Of a stretch of DNA of 20,000 nt, positions 6,529 to 14,845 are shown in pieces. The stretch spans positions 52,664 to 72,663 of the forward strand of contig CAZBBK010000021.1 of NCBI GenBank assembly GCA_964490075.1, read 5' to 3'. The notes under the pieces are model-generated. The model was not told the DNA's origin. It made no database searches and was given only the letters and a program-made list of their open reading frames with translations. This stretch comes from an uncultured Gemmatimonadota bacterium (GTDB taxonomy: Bacteria; GCA-2686955). Positions within the stretch are counted from its first letter, which is position 1; every line of letters begins with the position of its first letter. Both the position numbers and the translations under genes were made by a program.

Positions 6529-8355
6529 ATGAGCCAGTACGTGCTCGACAGATTGACGGCGGAGCTGGGCGAGGCGGTGCTCGATACCCAGGCGCAGCAC
6601 GGCGACGAAACGGCACGCATCGAGGCGAGCCAGCTGCACCGCGCGGCCCGCTTCCTGCGCGACGATCCCGATCTCGACATGGCCATGCTGGTCGATGTGA
6701 CGGCGGTCGATCGCCCGCAGAGCGAGCAACGCTTCGAGGTGGTCTATCACCTGCACTCCCTGAGCCACGGCCACCGCGTGCGCCTGAAGATCGACGCTCC
6801 AGGAGGAGACGATCCCGAGGTGCCGACACTCGCCGATCTGTGGAAGGGCGCCCAGTGGCTGGAGCGCGAGGTCTTCGACATGTTCGGGGTGCGTTTCAGC
6901 GGCCACCCGGATCTGCGGCGACTCCTGCTCTACCCGGAGTTCGAGGGATATCCGCTGCGCAAGGATTATCCGATCCAAAAAGAGCAGCCACGCATTCCCG
7001 ATCTGGCCGGCTATCCGCAGGTCGACTACGACGCCAGCGAAGACGTGGCGCGCCTGCAGAAGGGGCTGCAGCGAGCTTCGAGCCCACGCGTCGGTGGCGA
7101 CGCCCGGCGCAACGGCCGGGTGCTGCACGGCACCGAGGCCGGACTCGCGCATCCGGTGGCGGCCGCCACCGACGCCAAGGGCACCACCAAAAACGTGTTC
7201 CTCGACATGGGGCCCTCGCATCCGGCCATGCACGGCACGATTCGCGTCTCGGTCGAGCTCTCCGGCGAGATGATCGTCGGCTCCGACGTCGACATCGGCT
7301 ACCTGCATCGCGGTTTCGAGAAGATGTGCGAAAACCGCAGCTACGCCCAGTCGATCATCTTCACCGACCGCCTGAACTACGTCTCGCCGATCATCAACAA
7401 CACCGGCTGGTCGCTGGCGGTCGAGAAGCTGATGGGCATCGAGGTGCCGGAGCGGGCGCAGGCGCTGCGAGTGCTGATGTCGGAGATCAGCCGCATCGCC
7501 GACCACCTGACCTGCGTGGCCGCCCACTCGATGGAGACCGGAGCGTTCACGGCCTTCCTCTACCTGATCGAAGCTCGCGAAGAGCTCTACAAACTGCTGG
7601 AGCGGGTCTGCGGCGGGCGGGTGACGCTGGCCTACACCCGCATCGGCGGCGTGGCGGCCGACCTGCCCGACGATTTCGCCGCCCACATGGAGCGCGCCTT
7701 CGCCAAGACCCGCGAGATGATGGCCGACGTGGTCAAGCTGCTGAACGGCAACCGCATCTTCCAGGACCGGATGATCGGCGTCGGGGCGATCAGCGCCGAG
7801 GATGCGCTCTCCTACGGGATCACCGGGCCCTTCCTGCGCTCCACGGGTGTCTCGTACGACGTTCGCAAGGCGGCCCCCTACTGCGGCTACGATCGTTACC
7901 AGTTCGAAGTGCCGGTGGGCAAGAACGGCGACAACTTCGACCGCTACCTGGTGCGCATGGAAGAGATGCGACAATCGCTGCGCATCGCCGAACAAGCCCT
8001 TGCGGCGCTGCCCGAGGGCCCGATCCAGTCGCTCGACCCGCGCGTCGGCCGGCCGCCGAAATCCGAAGTCTACGGCAGCATCGAAGGACTGATGAACCAC
8101 TTCAAGCTGGTCATGTCGGGCCACGGCGTCGAGCCGCCGCCGGGCGAGGCCTACGGCTACGTGGAAGGGGGCAACGGCGAGCTCGGCTTCTACCTGGTCT
8201 CCGACGGCAGCGACACCGCCTACCGCGCCCACTGTCGCGGGCCCTGCTTCGCGCCGATGAGCGCTCTGTCGTCGATGATCGAGGGACTGACCGTCGCCGA
8301 CGTCATTCCCACCTTTGGAACCGTCAACATGATCGGTGGGGAGCTGGACCGGTGA
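6529..8355 (+). CDS. nuoCD: Fused NADH-quinone oxidoreductase subunit C/D
   Basis: NuoC motifs RFEVVYHL, WLEREVFDMFG..GHPDLRRLL..GYPLRKDYP, then NuoD motifs MGPSHPAMHG, GYLHRGFEK, DRLNY, RIGGVAADL, GELDR in one 608-aa ORF; RBS GAGGT. Confidence 0.95.
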   Translation: MSQYVLDRLTAELGEAVLDTQAQHGDETARIEASQLHRAARFLRDDPDLDMAMLVDVTAVDRPQSEQRFEVVYHLHSLSHGHRVRLKIDAPGGDDPEVPTLADLWKGAQWLEREVFDMFGVRFSGHPDLRRLLLYPEFEGYPLRKDYPIQKEQPRIPDLAGYPQVDYDASEDVARLQKGLQRASSPRVGGDARRNGRVLHGTEAGLAHPVAAATDAKGTTKNVFLDMGPSHPAMHGTIRVSVELSGEMIVGSDVDIGYLHRGFEKMCENRSYAQSIIFTDRLNYVSPIINNTGWSLAVEKLMGIEVPERAQALRVLMSEISRIADHLTCVAAHSMETGAFTAFLYLIEAREELYKLLERVCGGRVTLAYTRIGGVAADLPDDFAAHMERAFAKTREMMADVVKLLNGNRIFQDRMIGVGAISAEDALSYGITGPFLRSTGVSYDVRKAAPYCGYDRYQFEVPVGKNGDNFDRYLVRMEEMRQSLRIAEQALAALPEGPIQSLDPRVGRPPKSEVYGSIEGLMNHFKLVMSGHGVEPPPGEAYGYVEGGNGELGFYLVSDGSDTAYRAHCRGPCFAPMSALSSMIEGLTVADVIPTFGTVNMIGGELDR

Positions 8356-10142
8356 GCGAGATCCTGACCCAAGAGATGATCACCGAGATCGACGAGCTGG
8401 TGGCGCGCTACCCCGATCCCCGCGCCGCCGCGCTGCCGGCCCTGCACGTGGTGCAGCGCGAGCACGGCCACATCGGCACCGAAGCCGAAGAGGCGCTGGC
8501 CCGTCACCTGGGCATGTCGGTGGCTCGGGTCCACGAGGTGGTGACCTTCTATAGCATGTTCCGCAGCACACCGGCCGGCAAGTACCGGCTCGAGGTCTGC
8601 ACCAATCTGTCGTGCACCTTGCGCGGCGCAGAAGAGGTGGTGGCGCGAATCTCCGAGTCGCTCGGGATCGGGCCCGGCCAGACCACCCCGGACGGGCTCT
8701 TCACGCTCAGCGCCGTCGAGTGTCTCGGCTCCTGCGGCACCGCCCCCGCGGTGCAGGTCAACGACACCTATCACGAGCACGTGGGGCCCGATCAGGCCGC
8801 CGCCTTGCTCGAGACGTTGAAAGGTGATGGCGAGAACGCGCTGTGTCCCAGCGCCGTCTACGTCGACGGAATAGACGAGCCGCGCGAAGAGCGCGACTGG
8901 GAACGCTACCTGAGCACACACTGGGACCACGAGAGCTCGCACACCCTGGAACGCTACCTCGAGATCGGTGGCTATCAGGGACTGAAGAAGGCGCTGGCCA
9001 TGGAGCCCGCCGAGGTCACCGCCGAGGTCAAGGCGTCCAACCTGCGCGGCCTCGGCGGCGCCGGCTTCCCGGCCGGTATCAAGTGGGGCTTCGTTCCCGA
9101 GAACAGCGGCAAGCCGGTCTACCTGGCGGTGAACGCCGACGAGGGCGAGCCGGGTACCTTCAAGGACCGCATGTTCCTGGAGCGCGAACCGCATCGTCTG
9201 ATCGAAGGCATCGCCATCTGCTGCCACGCGGTGGGGATCGCAAAGGCCTTCGTCTACGTGCGCGGCGAGTTCGTCTACCAGATCGAGATGCTGGAGCGGG
9301 CGCTGGCCGAGGCGCGCGCGGCGGGCTACTTGGGCCCCGACGCGCTGGGCCCGGGACGCGACCTGGAGATCTGGGTCCATCGCGGTGCCGGTGCCTACAT
9401 CTGCGGCGAAGAGACCGGCCTCCTGAACAGCCTCGAAGGCGGCAAGGGTTGGCCGCGCCTCAAGCCCCCCTTCCCGGCGGTGGAAGGGCTGTGGACCGCA
9501 CCCACCGTCATCAATAACGTAGAAACGCTGAGCCAGCTCCCCTTCATCATGAGACGCGGCGCGGCCTGGTTCGCCGGCCTGGGGACCGAGCGCAGCGGCG
9601 GCAATCGACTGCTCTCGGTCTCCGGACATGTGACGCGACCGGGGATCTACGAAATCCCCCAGGGCGGAGCCACCATTCGCCAGGTGGTCGAACAGCTCTG
9701 CCTGGGCGTGGCGGGGGGGCGGAGCCTGCAGGCGGTGGTGCCCGGCGGCTCCTCGTCGCCGATTCTGCGCGCCGAGGAATGCGACGTGGCGATCGAGTTC
9801 GACGCCATGATGAAGGCCGGTACCATGGCCGGCTCGGGCGCGGTCATCGTGCTCGACGACACGGTCGACATCGTCGACTTCGCGCTGCGCACCGCGCAGT
9901 TCTACTTCCACGAATCGTGCGGCCAGTGCACTCCCTGCCGAGAAGGCGTGGGGTGGATCACGCGAATCCTGGCGCGGATCCAAGCCGGGCGGATGAAGGC
10001 CGGCGATCTCGAGACCATCGAGAATGTCTGCGACAACATTCAGGGGAACACGGTCTGTGCCCTGGGCGATGCGGCGGCCATGCCGATTCGCGCCATGGTC
10101 CAGAAGTACCCCGACAAGTTCCGCGCCAAGGCGGGAGTCTAG
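8352..10142 (+). CDS. nuoEF: Fused NADH-quinone oxidoreductase subunit E/F (596 aa)
   Basis: GTG start overlapping the nuoCD stop (GTGA). NuoE motifs EVVTFYSMF, CTNLSC, CLGSC, continuing without a stop into NuoF motifs GGAGFP, NADEGEPGTFKDR, GAYICGEET, PRLKPPFP, ESCGQCTPCREG, CALG. Confidence 0.93.
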   Translation: MSEILTQEMITEIDELVARYPDPRAAALPALHVVQREHGHIGTEAEEALARHLGMSVARVHEVVTFYSMFRSTPAGKYRLEVCTNLSCTLRGAEEVVARISESLGIGPGQTTPDGLFTLSAVECLGSCGTAPAVQVNDTYHEHVGPDQAAALLETLKGDGENALCPSAVYVDGIDEPREERDWERYLSTHWDHESSHTLERYLEIGGYQGLKKALAMEPAEVTAEVKASNLRGLGGAGFPAGIKWGFVPENSGKPVYLAVNADEGEPGTFKDRMFLEREPHRLIEGIAICCHAVGIAKAFVYVRGEFVYQIEMLERALAEARAAGYLGPDALGPGRDLEIWVHRGAGAYICGEETGLLNSLEGGKGWPRLKPPFPAVEGLWTAPTVINNVETLSQLPFIMRRGAAWFAGLGTERSGGNRLLSVSGHVTRPGIYEIPQGGATIRQVVEQLCLGVAGGRSLQAVVPGGSSSPILRAEECDVAIEFDAMMKAGTMAGSGAVIVLDDTVDIVDFALRTAQFYFHESCGQCTPCREGVGWITRILARIQAGRMKAGDLETIENVCDNIQGNTVCALGDAAAMPIRAMVQKYPDKFRAKAGV

Positions 10143-10151
10143 GAAACGGCG

Positions 10152-11810
10152 ATGCCGACCATCACCATCGACGGCAACCAGATCGAGGTCGCCCCGGGAA
10201 CACGCCTGATCGATGCGGCGCAGACCATCGGGATCGAGATCCCGCGCTTTTGCTACCACCCAGGGCTCTCGGTCGCGGGCAACTGCCGCATGTGCGAGAT
10301 CGAGATCGAGGGCATGCAGAAGCTGGAGCCGGCCTGCAACACCATCTGTCGCGAGGGCATGGTGGTGCACACCGATACCGAGCGTGTGCGCAACACCCGC
10401 GCAGCGATATTGGAGATGCTGCTGATCCACCATCCGCTCGACTGCCCGATCTGCGACCAGGCCGGTGAGTGCAAGCTGCAGGATTACTACATGCGGCACG
10501 GGCTCTACAAGAGCCGCTTCGACCTGGAAGACAAGCTCGGCGAGCCGAAGATGATCGATCTGGGCCGCGACATCATGCTCGACAACGAGCGCTGCGTGAA
10601 CTGTACCGCTTGTGTTCGCTTCAGCGCCGAGATCTCCGGCGAGGCGGAGCTCGGCATGTTCAACCGCGGCGATAACTCGCGCATCGGTACCGTCGACGGC
10701 CGGCCCTTGACCAGCCGCTACGCCGGCAACCTGGTCGAGGTCTGTCCGGTCGGAGCGCTGACCAGCATCGATTTCCGCTTTCGGCGTCGCGTCTGGTTCC
10801 TCTCGTCCACCGACTCGGTCTGCGATGGATGCTCGCGCGGCTGCGCGATCCGCGTCGACCACGACCTGACCCACGGCTACAAAAAGGGCGGCGACCGGGT
10901 GTTCCGCTTCCGGGCGCGGCCCAACCCCCAGGTCAACGACCACTGGATCTGCGACGCCGGCCGCGGCTCCTACAAGCGCATCGACGCCCGCGATCGAATC
11001 CACCAGCCGCAGCTCCGCGACGGCACAGTGCTGATCTGGCCCGAGGTGATCGAGCGCCTGGCGAAGGCACTGGGCGATGGCGCCAAGGTCGACGTGATCC
11101 TGGGCACCGACCGTAGCTGCGAGGAGATGTACGCGGTGCGCAAGGTGCTGGGCCCACACGCGCGTAGCGTCGAATGCCGCGTGCCCGGGGTGGGCACGGG
11201 CGAGGGCGACGATTTCCTGCGCACAGGCGATCACACGCCCAATCGGCGCGGGGCTCTGGAGCTCGGATTCCCGGCCGCGCTCGATTCCTCGACGAGCGAG
11301 GTCGAGGCGATCCTGGAGCGGGCCGCGCATGGCGAGACCGATCTGCTCCTGGTGCTGGGCGTCGACCTGGTGGCGGGAGATCTCGACCCCGAGGCGGTGC
11401 AGCGGGCGATGGCCGGCGCCGGGCTCTCGGTCTACTCCGGCTGCCGTCCGCAGGGCACCGGCGCGCTGGCCGGCATGCTGCTGCCGCGGGCGTCGTTCGC
11501 CGAGCAGGACGGCACCTTCGTCAACCACGAGGGGCTGATCCAGCGCATCCGCCGCTGCTTCGATCCCGTGGGCGAGGCGCGGCCGGAGTGGTGGTGGCTG
11601 GAGGCGCTCGACCGCGCCCGCGGCGCCGCCCCCGGAGCGACCACCGCGCACGCCTGCTTCGCCGACCTGGCCGGCCGATGTGAGTTCTTCGCCGGGCTCG
11701 AGCTCGAGGCGATCGATCCGGCCGGCAGTCCCGGACGGGGAGTGGAGGCGCCCTGCGCGCCGATCCCGCCGGGGCGGCGCACACCCGAACCCGAGGAGGC
11801 TCTGCGATGA
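10152..11810 (+). CDS. nuoG: NADH-quinone oxidoreductase subunit G (short, 552 aa)
   Basis: IPRFCYH..GNCRMC..AC (N1b), HPLDCPICDQAGEC (N5), RCVNCTACVRF..CPVGAL (N4), CDGCSRGC..WICD (N7-type), EQDGTFVNHEG; RBS AGGA. Confidence 0.93.
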   Translation: MPTITIDGNQIEVAPGTRLIDAAQTIGIEIPRFCYHPGLSVAGNCRMCEIEIEGMQKLEPACNTICREGMVVHTDTERVRNTRAAILEMLLIHHPLDCPICDQAGECKLQDYYMRHGLYKSRFDLEDKLGEPKMIDLGRDIMLDNERCVNCTACVRFSAEISGEAELGMFNRGDNSRIGTVDGRPLTSRYAGNLVEVCPVGALTSIDFRFRRRVWFLSSTDSVCDGCSRGCAIRVDHDLTHGYKKGGDRVFRFRARPNPQVNDHWICDAGRGSYKRIDARDRIHQPQLRDGTVLIWPEVIERLAKALGDGAKVDVILGTDRSCEEMYAVRKVLGPHARSVECRVPGVGTGEGDDFLRTGDHTPNRRGALELGFPAALDSSTSEVEAILERAAHGETDLLLVLGVDLVAGDLDPEAVQRAMAGAGLSVYSGCRPQGTGALAGMLLPRASFAEQDGTFVNHEGLIQRIRRCFDPVGEARPEWWWLEALDRARGAAPGATTAHACFADLAGRCEFFAGLELEAIDPAGSPGRGVEAPCAPIPPGRRTPEPEEALR

Positions 11811-12889
11811 CGGGCGAAGTCGTGATCGCGACCGTCAAGACACTGGTGGCCGTTTCGACGCTGATGACCCTGGCTGCGCTCCTGACCTGGGCGGAGCGCA
11901 AGCAGAGCGCCGTCATGCAGGACCGCATCGGAGCCAACCGGGCGGCGATCCTCGGCTTCCGGGCCATCGGCCTCTTCCACATCATCGCCGATGCGATCAA
12001 GATGATGACCAAGGAGGACTACGTTCCTCCCTTCGCCAACCGCTTCATCCACTCGCTGGCCCCCTTCCTGGCGATCTTCCCCGCGATCGTCGCCTTCGCC
12101 GCGATCCCGATGGGCGATACGGTGGTGATCGCCGGGCACCAGGTCGAGATGCGCCTGGCGACGATGAACATCGGCTTCCTCTTCATCTTCGCCATGGCCT
12201 CGGTCACGGTCTACTCGGTGGTGCTGGGAGGCTGGTCCTCCAACAACCGCTTCGCCATGCTGGGCGCGATGCGCGCCGCCGGCCAGATGATCAGCTACGA
12301 GCTCGCCCTCGGCCTCGCGGTGGTCGGAGCGGTCATGGCCTACGGAACGCTCGACCTGATGGAGATGGCGCGCGCCCAGACCGGCATGCTGGGGGGATTC
12401 CTGCCGCGCTGGGGGATCTTCTACCAGCCCCTGGGCTTTCTCTTGCTGATCACCGCATCGATCGCCGAGACCAAGCGCGCGCCTTTCGACATCCCCGAGG
12501 CGGAGTCGGAGATCATCGGCTGCTTCCTCGAGTACAGCGGAATGAAGTTCGGCATGTTCTTCATGGCCGAGTTCGTCACCACGGTGGTGGTGGCCGGGCT
12601 GCTGTCGACCCTCTATTTCGGCGGCTACCAGGTCCCCTACCTCCTGGCCGACGGCTTCCATCTGCCCTTCGGCCTCTTCCTCGCAGTCCCGGCCGGCCTG
12701 GTTCCGTGGATGCAGTTCGGCAGCTTCTGGGTCAAGGTGGTCTTCTTCTGCTGGCTCCTCTTGACCATCCGCTGGACGCTGCCGCGCTTCCGCTACGACC
12801 AGCTGATGAACCTGGGATGGAAGATCCTCCTGCCTCTGGCGCTCTTCAACGTGGCGGCCACCGGGGCGTGGATCCTGGCGCGCGCCTGA
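11807..12889 (+). CDS. nuoH: NADH-quinone oxidoreductase subunit H
   Basis: WAERK..MQDRIG, ADAIKMMTKE, GGWSSNNRFAMLGAMR..QMISYE, AETKRAPFD.PEAESE, EYSG, RWTLPRFRYDQLM; ATGA overlap with nuoG; RBS GAGGAGG. Confidence 0.96.
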   Translation: MTGEVVIATVKTLVAVSTLMTLAALLTWAERKQSAVMQDRIGANRAAILGFRAIGLFHIIADAIKMMTKEDYVPPFANRFIHSLAPFLAIFPAIVAFAAIPMGDTVVIAGHQVEMRLATMNIGFLFIFAMASVTVYSVVLGGWSSNNRFAMLGAMRAAGQMISYELALGLAVVGAVMAYGTLDLMEMARAQTGMLGGFLPRWGIFYQPLGFLLLITASIAETKRAPFDIPEAESEIIGCFLEYSGMKFGMFFMAEFVTTVVVAGLLSTLYFGGYQVPYLLADGFHLPFGLFLAVPAGLVPWMQFGSFWVKVVFFCWLLLTIRWTLPRFRYDQLMNLGWKILLPLALFNVAATGAWILARA

Positions 12890-12902
12890 GCGCAGAAAAG
12901 GG

Positions 12903-13487
12903 GTGAAGCCCATGTTGACCCATCACCAGCCGACCTGGCTCGAACGGATCTACATTCCGGAGGTGCTGCGCGGCCTCTCGGTCACCGTGCGCCACTTCAC
13001 CCGCAATCTGTCGCTGCATATCGCCCACACGGTGGGACTGAAGAAGGACGTGGCGGCCGCCGTCACCATCCCCTATCCCGACGTGCCGGCCGACCTGATG
13101 CCGCGCTTCCGGGGCATGCACCGCCTGACCCGCAAGGCCGACGACAGCATCGCCTGCACCGCCTGCCTGTGCTGCGAGACCGCCTGTCCCTGCCACGCCA
13201 TCGACATCGTGCCGGAGGCGGTCGACGACTCGGCGATCGAGAAGCGTCCGCGCAGCTTCGAGATCAACCTGGCCAAGTGCTCGTTCTGCGGCTTCTGCGT
13301 CGAGGCCTGCCCGGTCGATGCGATCCGCATGGACACCGGGATCTACGACCTGACGGTCGACGCACCGCGCGAGCTGGTGTGGGGCAAAGAGGCGCTGCTG
13401 GCGAATCCCAAGGGTGCCGGCATGGAGGTCTACCCGCCGATCGACCGCGCCGATCTGGCGCCTCGGGCCTGCTCTAACCCGGCTTGA
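12903..13487 (+). CDS. nuoI: NADH-quinone oxidoreductase subunit I
   Basis: VTIPYP, RFRGMHRL, two ferredoxin motifs CTACLCCETACP and CSFCGFCVEACPVDAI. Start is GTG 12903 or ATG 12912. Confidence 0.94.
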   Translation: MKPMLTHHQPTWLERIYIPEVLRGLSVTVRHFTRNLSLHIAHTVGLKKDVAAAVTIPYPDVPADLMPRFRGMHRLTRKADDSIACTACLCCETACPCHAIDIVPEAVDDSAIEKRPRSFEINLAKCSFCGFCVEACPVDAIRMDTGIYDLTVDAPRELVWGKEALLANPKGAGMEVYPPIDRADLAPRACSNPA

Positions 13488-14751
13488 ACCCGGCGTTGCG
13501 ATCGGCGGTCACACCGGCCTTGATCTCGTTGTAGTAGCGTTCGTACAGGGCGGTCAGCTGGGGCGTCATCAGCTTGCAGGTGCCGTAGCTGCCAGCGGCC
13601 AGGCCGGAGTCATCGTCCTGGGTGATGTAGACCGGCTGGCCGGCGGCGCCGCTGTAGTGCGGGCAGCCGGTGTCGCGTGACGAACAGAGCACCAGGGTGG
13701 CCGAAAAGAGACTGTGGATCGGATGGGGATGCCCGGAGGCCGAGTCGCAGTCGCCGAGAATTCGCTCCAGCTCGGAGTAGAAATCGAACGACGCCATCTG
13801 GGGAAATCCCTTGGCCAGCGCCTCGACCACCATGGGATGCAGCTTGCCCTGAATCCCCAGCTTGAGAATTCGCTCGAACACCTCCTTCATCGGCAGGTTG
13901 GCCTCGAAGTAGCTGTTCGCCATCACGGCGAACTGATCGACGCCGATGATGAAGTTGGCGTGCATCGCCGATTCGCTGGAGAGCACCACCACGGCGGCGT
14001 CTCCGCCGTAGTACTTGGGCACGAATTCCAGGATCGCTTCGACCGGGGACTGGAGCTGCATCCGGTGCAGCGCCGGAGTGATATCGGCCAGCGCGGCTCG
14101 ATAGACGCGGCAGCGGCGGCGCCGGTCGGCCTCCAGAATGCTCTGGTACTCCTCCTGCAAGCCGATGTGCAGCGCCAGCGAGCCTTCCAGCGCGCGCGGG
14201 TAGTCGTGCTCCGGATCGAGCTCGTGTCCGGTGAACTCCTGCACGAACTCCATCAGCGCCACCAGCATCACCGAGCGAAAAAGGGCGTGGTGATAGAGGG
14301 GCGGACTCGATTCGCGAATCAGCTCCTTCTCGAGCTCGCGCGCGGTGAAGAGCGGCAGCGCCAGATCGGGGTGACCCGCGACCAGCTCGCGGAACAGCTC
14401 CGCCATCGGCGCGATCTTCTCCAGCGACTCGCCGAAGGGCTTGCGCCCCCGGATCGACTCCTCGACCTTGGCGAAGTCGGCGGCGATCAGTCCGGCCACG
14501 AAGGTGTTCAACGCGGCGTTGCGCTCCAGGCGGATCGCGTAGCGCTGCCCGAACTCCTCGTGCAGGCTGCGCAGCTTGCGCTCCTGGCGGATTCCGAAGG
14601 GGCTTCCTCCCTTGTAGAGCACACCGCCGGAGCTGTTGACGATGTCCGCGGCCAGACAAAGGCCTTCGATCTCGCCGGCATTGGCCAGCCCGAGCATGCG
14701 GGTCAGCTCGCGGACGTCGGCGAACTCCAGGTAGTCTGGCGCTACGAGCAT
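13474..14751 (-). CDS. Hypothetical protein, degenerate HD/HD-GYP-like fold with Cys-rich C-terminus (425 aa)
   Basis: C-terminal part of track ORF 13474..15540; protein-like composition begins at ATG 14751 (MLVAPDY). The upstream extension overlaps the amidohydrolase gene in another frame. Fold call is by eye only. Confidence 0.7.
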   Translation of the reverse strand: MLVAPDYLEFADVRELTRMLGLANAGEIEGLCLAADIVNSSGGVLYKGGSPFGIRQERKLRSLHEEFGQRYAIRLERNAALNTFVAGLIAADFAKVEESIRGRKPFGESLEKIAPMAELFRELVAGHPDLALPLFTARELEKELIRESSPPLYHHALFRSVMLVALMEFVQEFTGHELDPEHDYPRALEGSLALHIGLQEEYQSILEADRRRRCRVYRAALADITPALHRMQLQSPVEAILEFVPKYYGGDAAVVVLSSESAMHANFIIGVDQFAVMANSYFEANLPMKEVFERILKLGIQGKLHPMVVEALAKGFPQMASFDFYSELERILGDCDSASGHPHPIHSLFSATLVLCSSRDTGCPHYSGAAGQPVYITQDDDSGLAAGSYGTCKLMTPQLTALYERYYNEIKAGVTADRNAGFKPG

Positions 14752-14845
14752 GGGACGATCTCGATCGATGGGTGGGGGGGGGCTGGGAGCGGGCAGGGGG
14801 GCGGCCCCACTATCGATTATCGGCACCGCGAGCGTGCTCTTGCGG

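Noticed and set aside
6840..8351. N-terminal 504 aa of the 1100-aa ORF
   Set aside because: Alternative frame of nuoCD; the real nuoEF begins at GTG 8352.
6529..8355. Possibility that the cluster is a group 4 [NiFe]-hydrogenase
   Set aside because: The D subunit lacks the CxxC Ni-binding motifs and has NuoD quinone-site motifs (HPAMHG, DRLNY, GELDR).
8220..11651. 1143-aa minus-strand ORF
   Set aside because: Antisense shadow of nuoEF and nuoG; no independent motifs.
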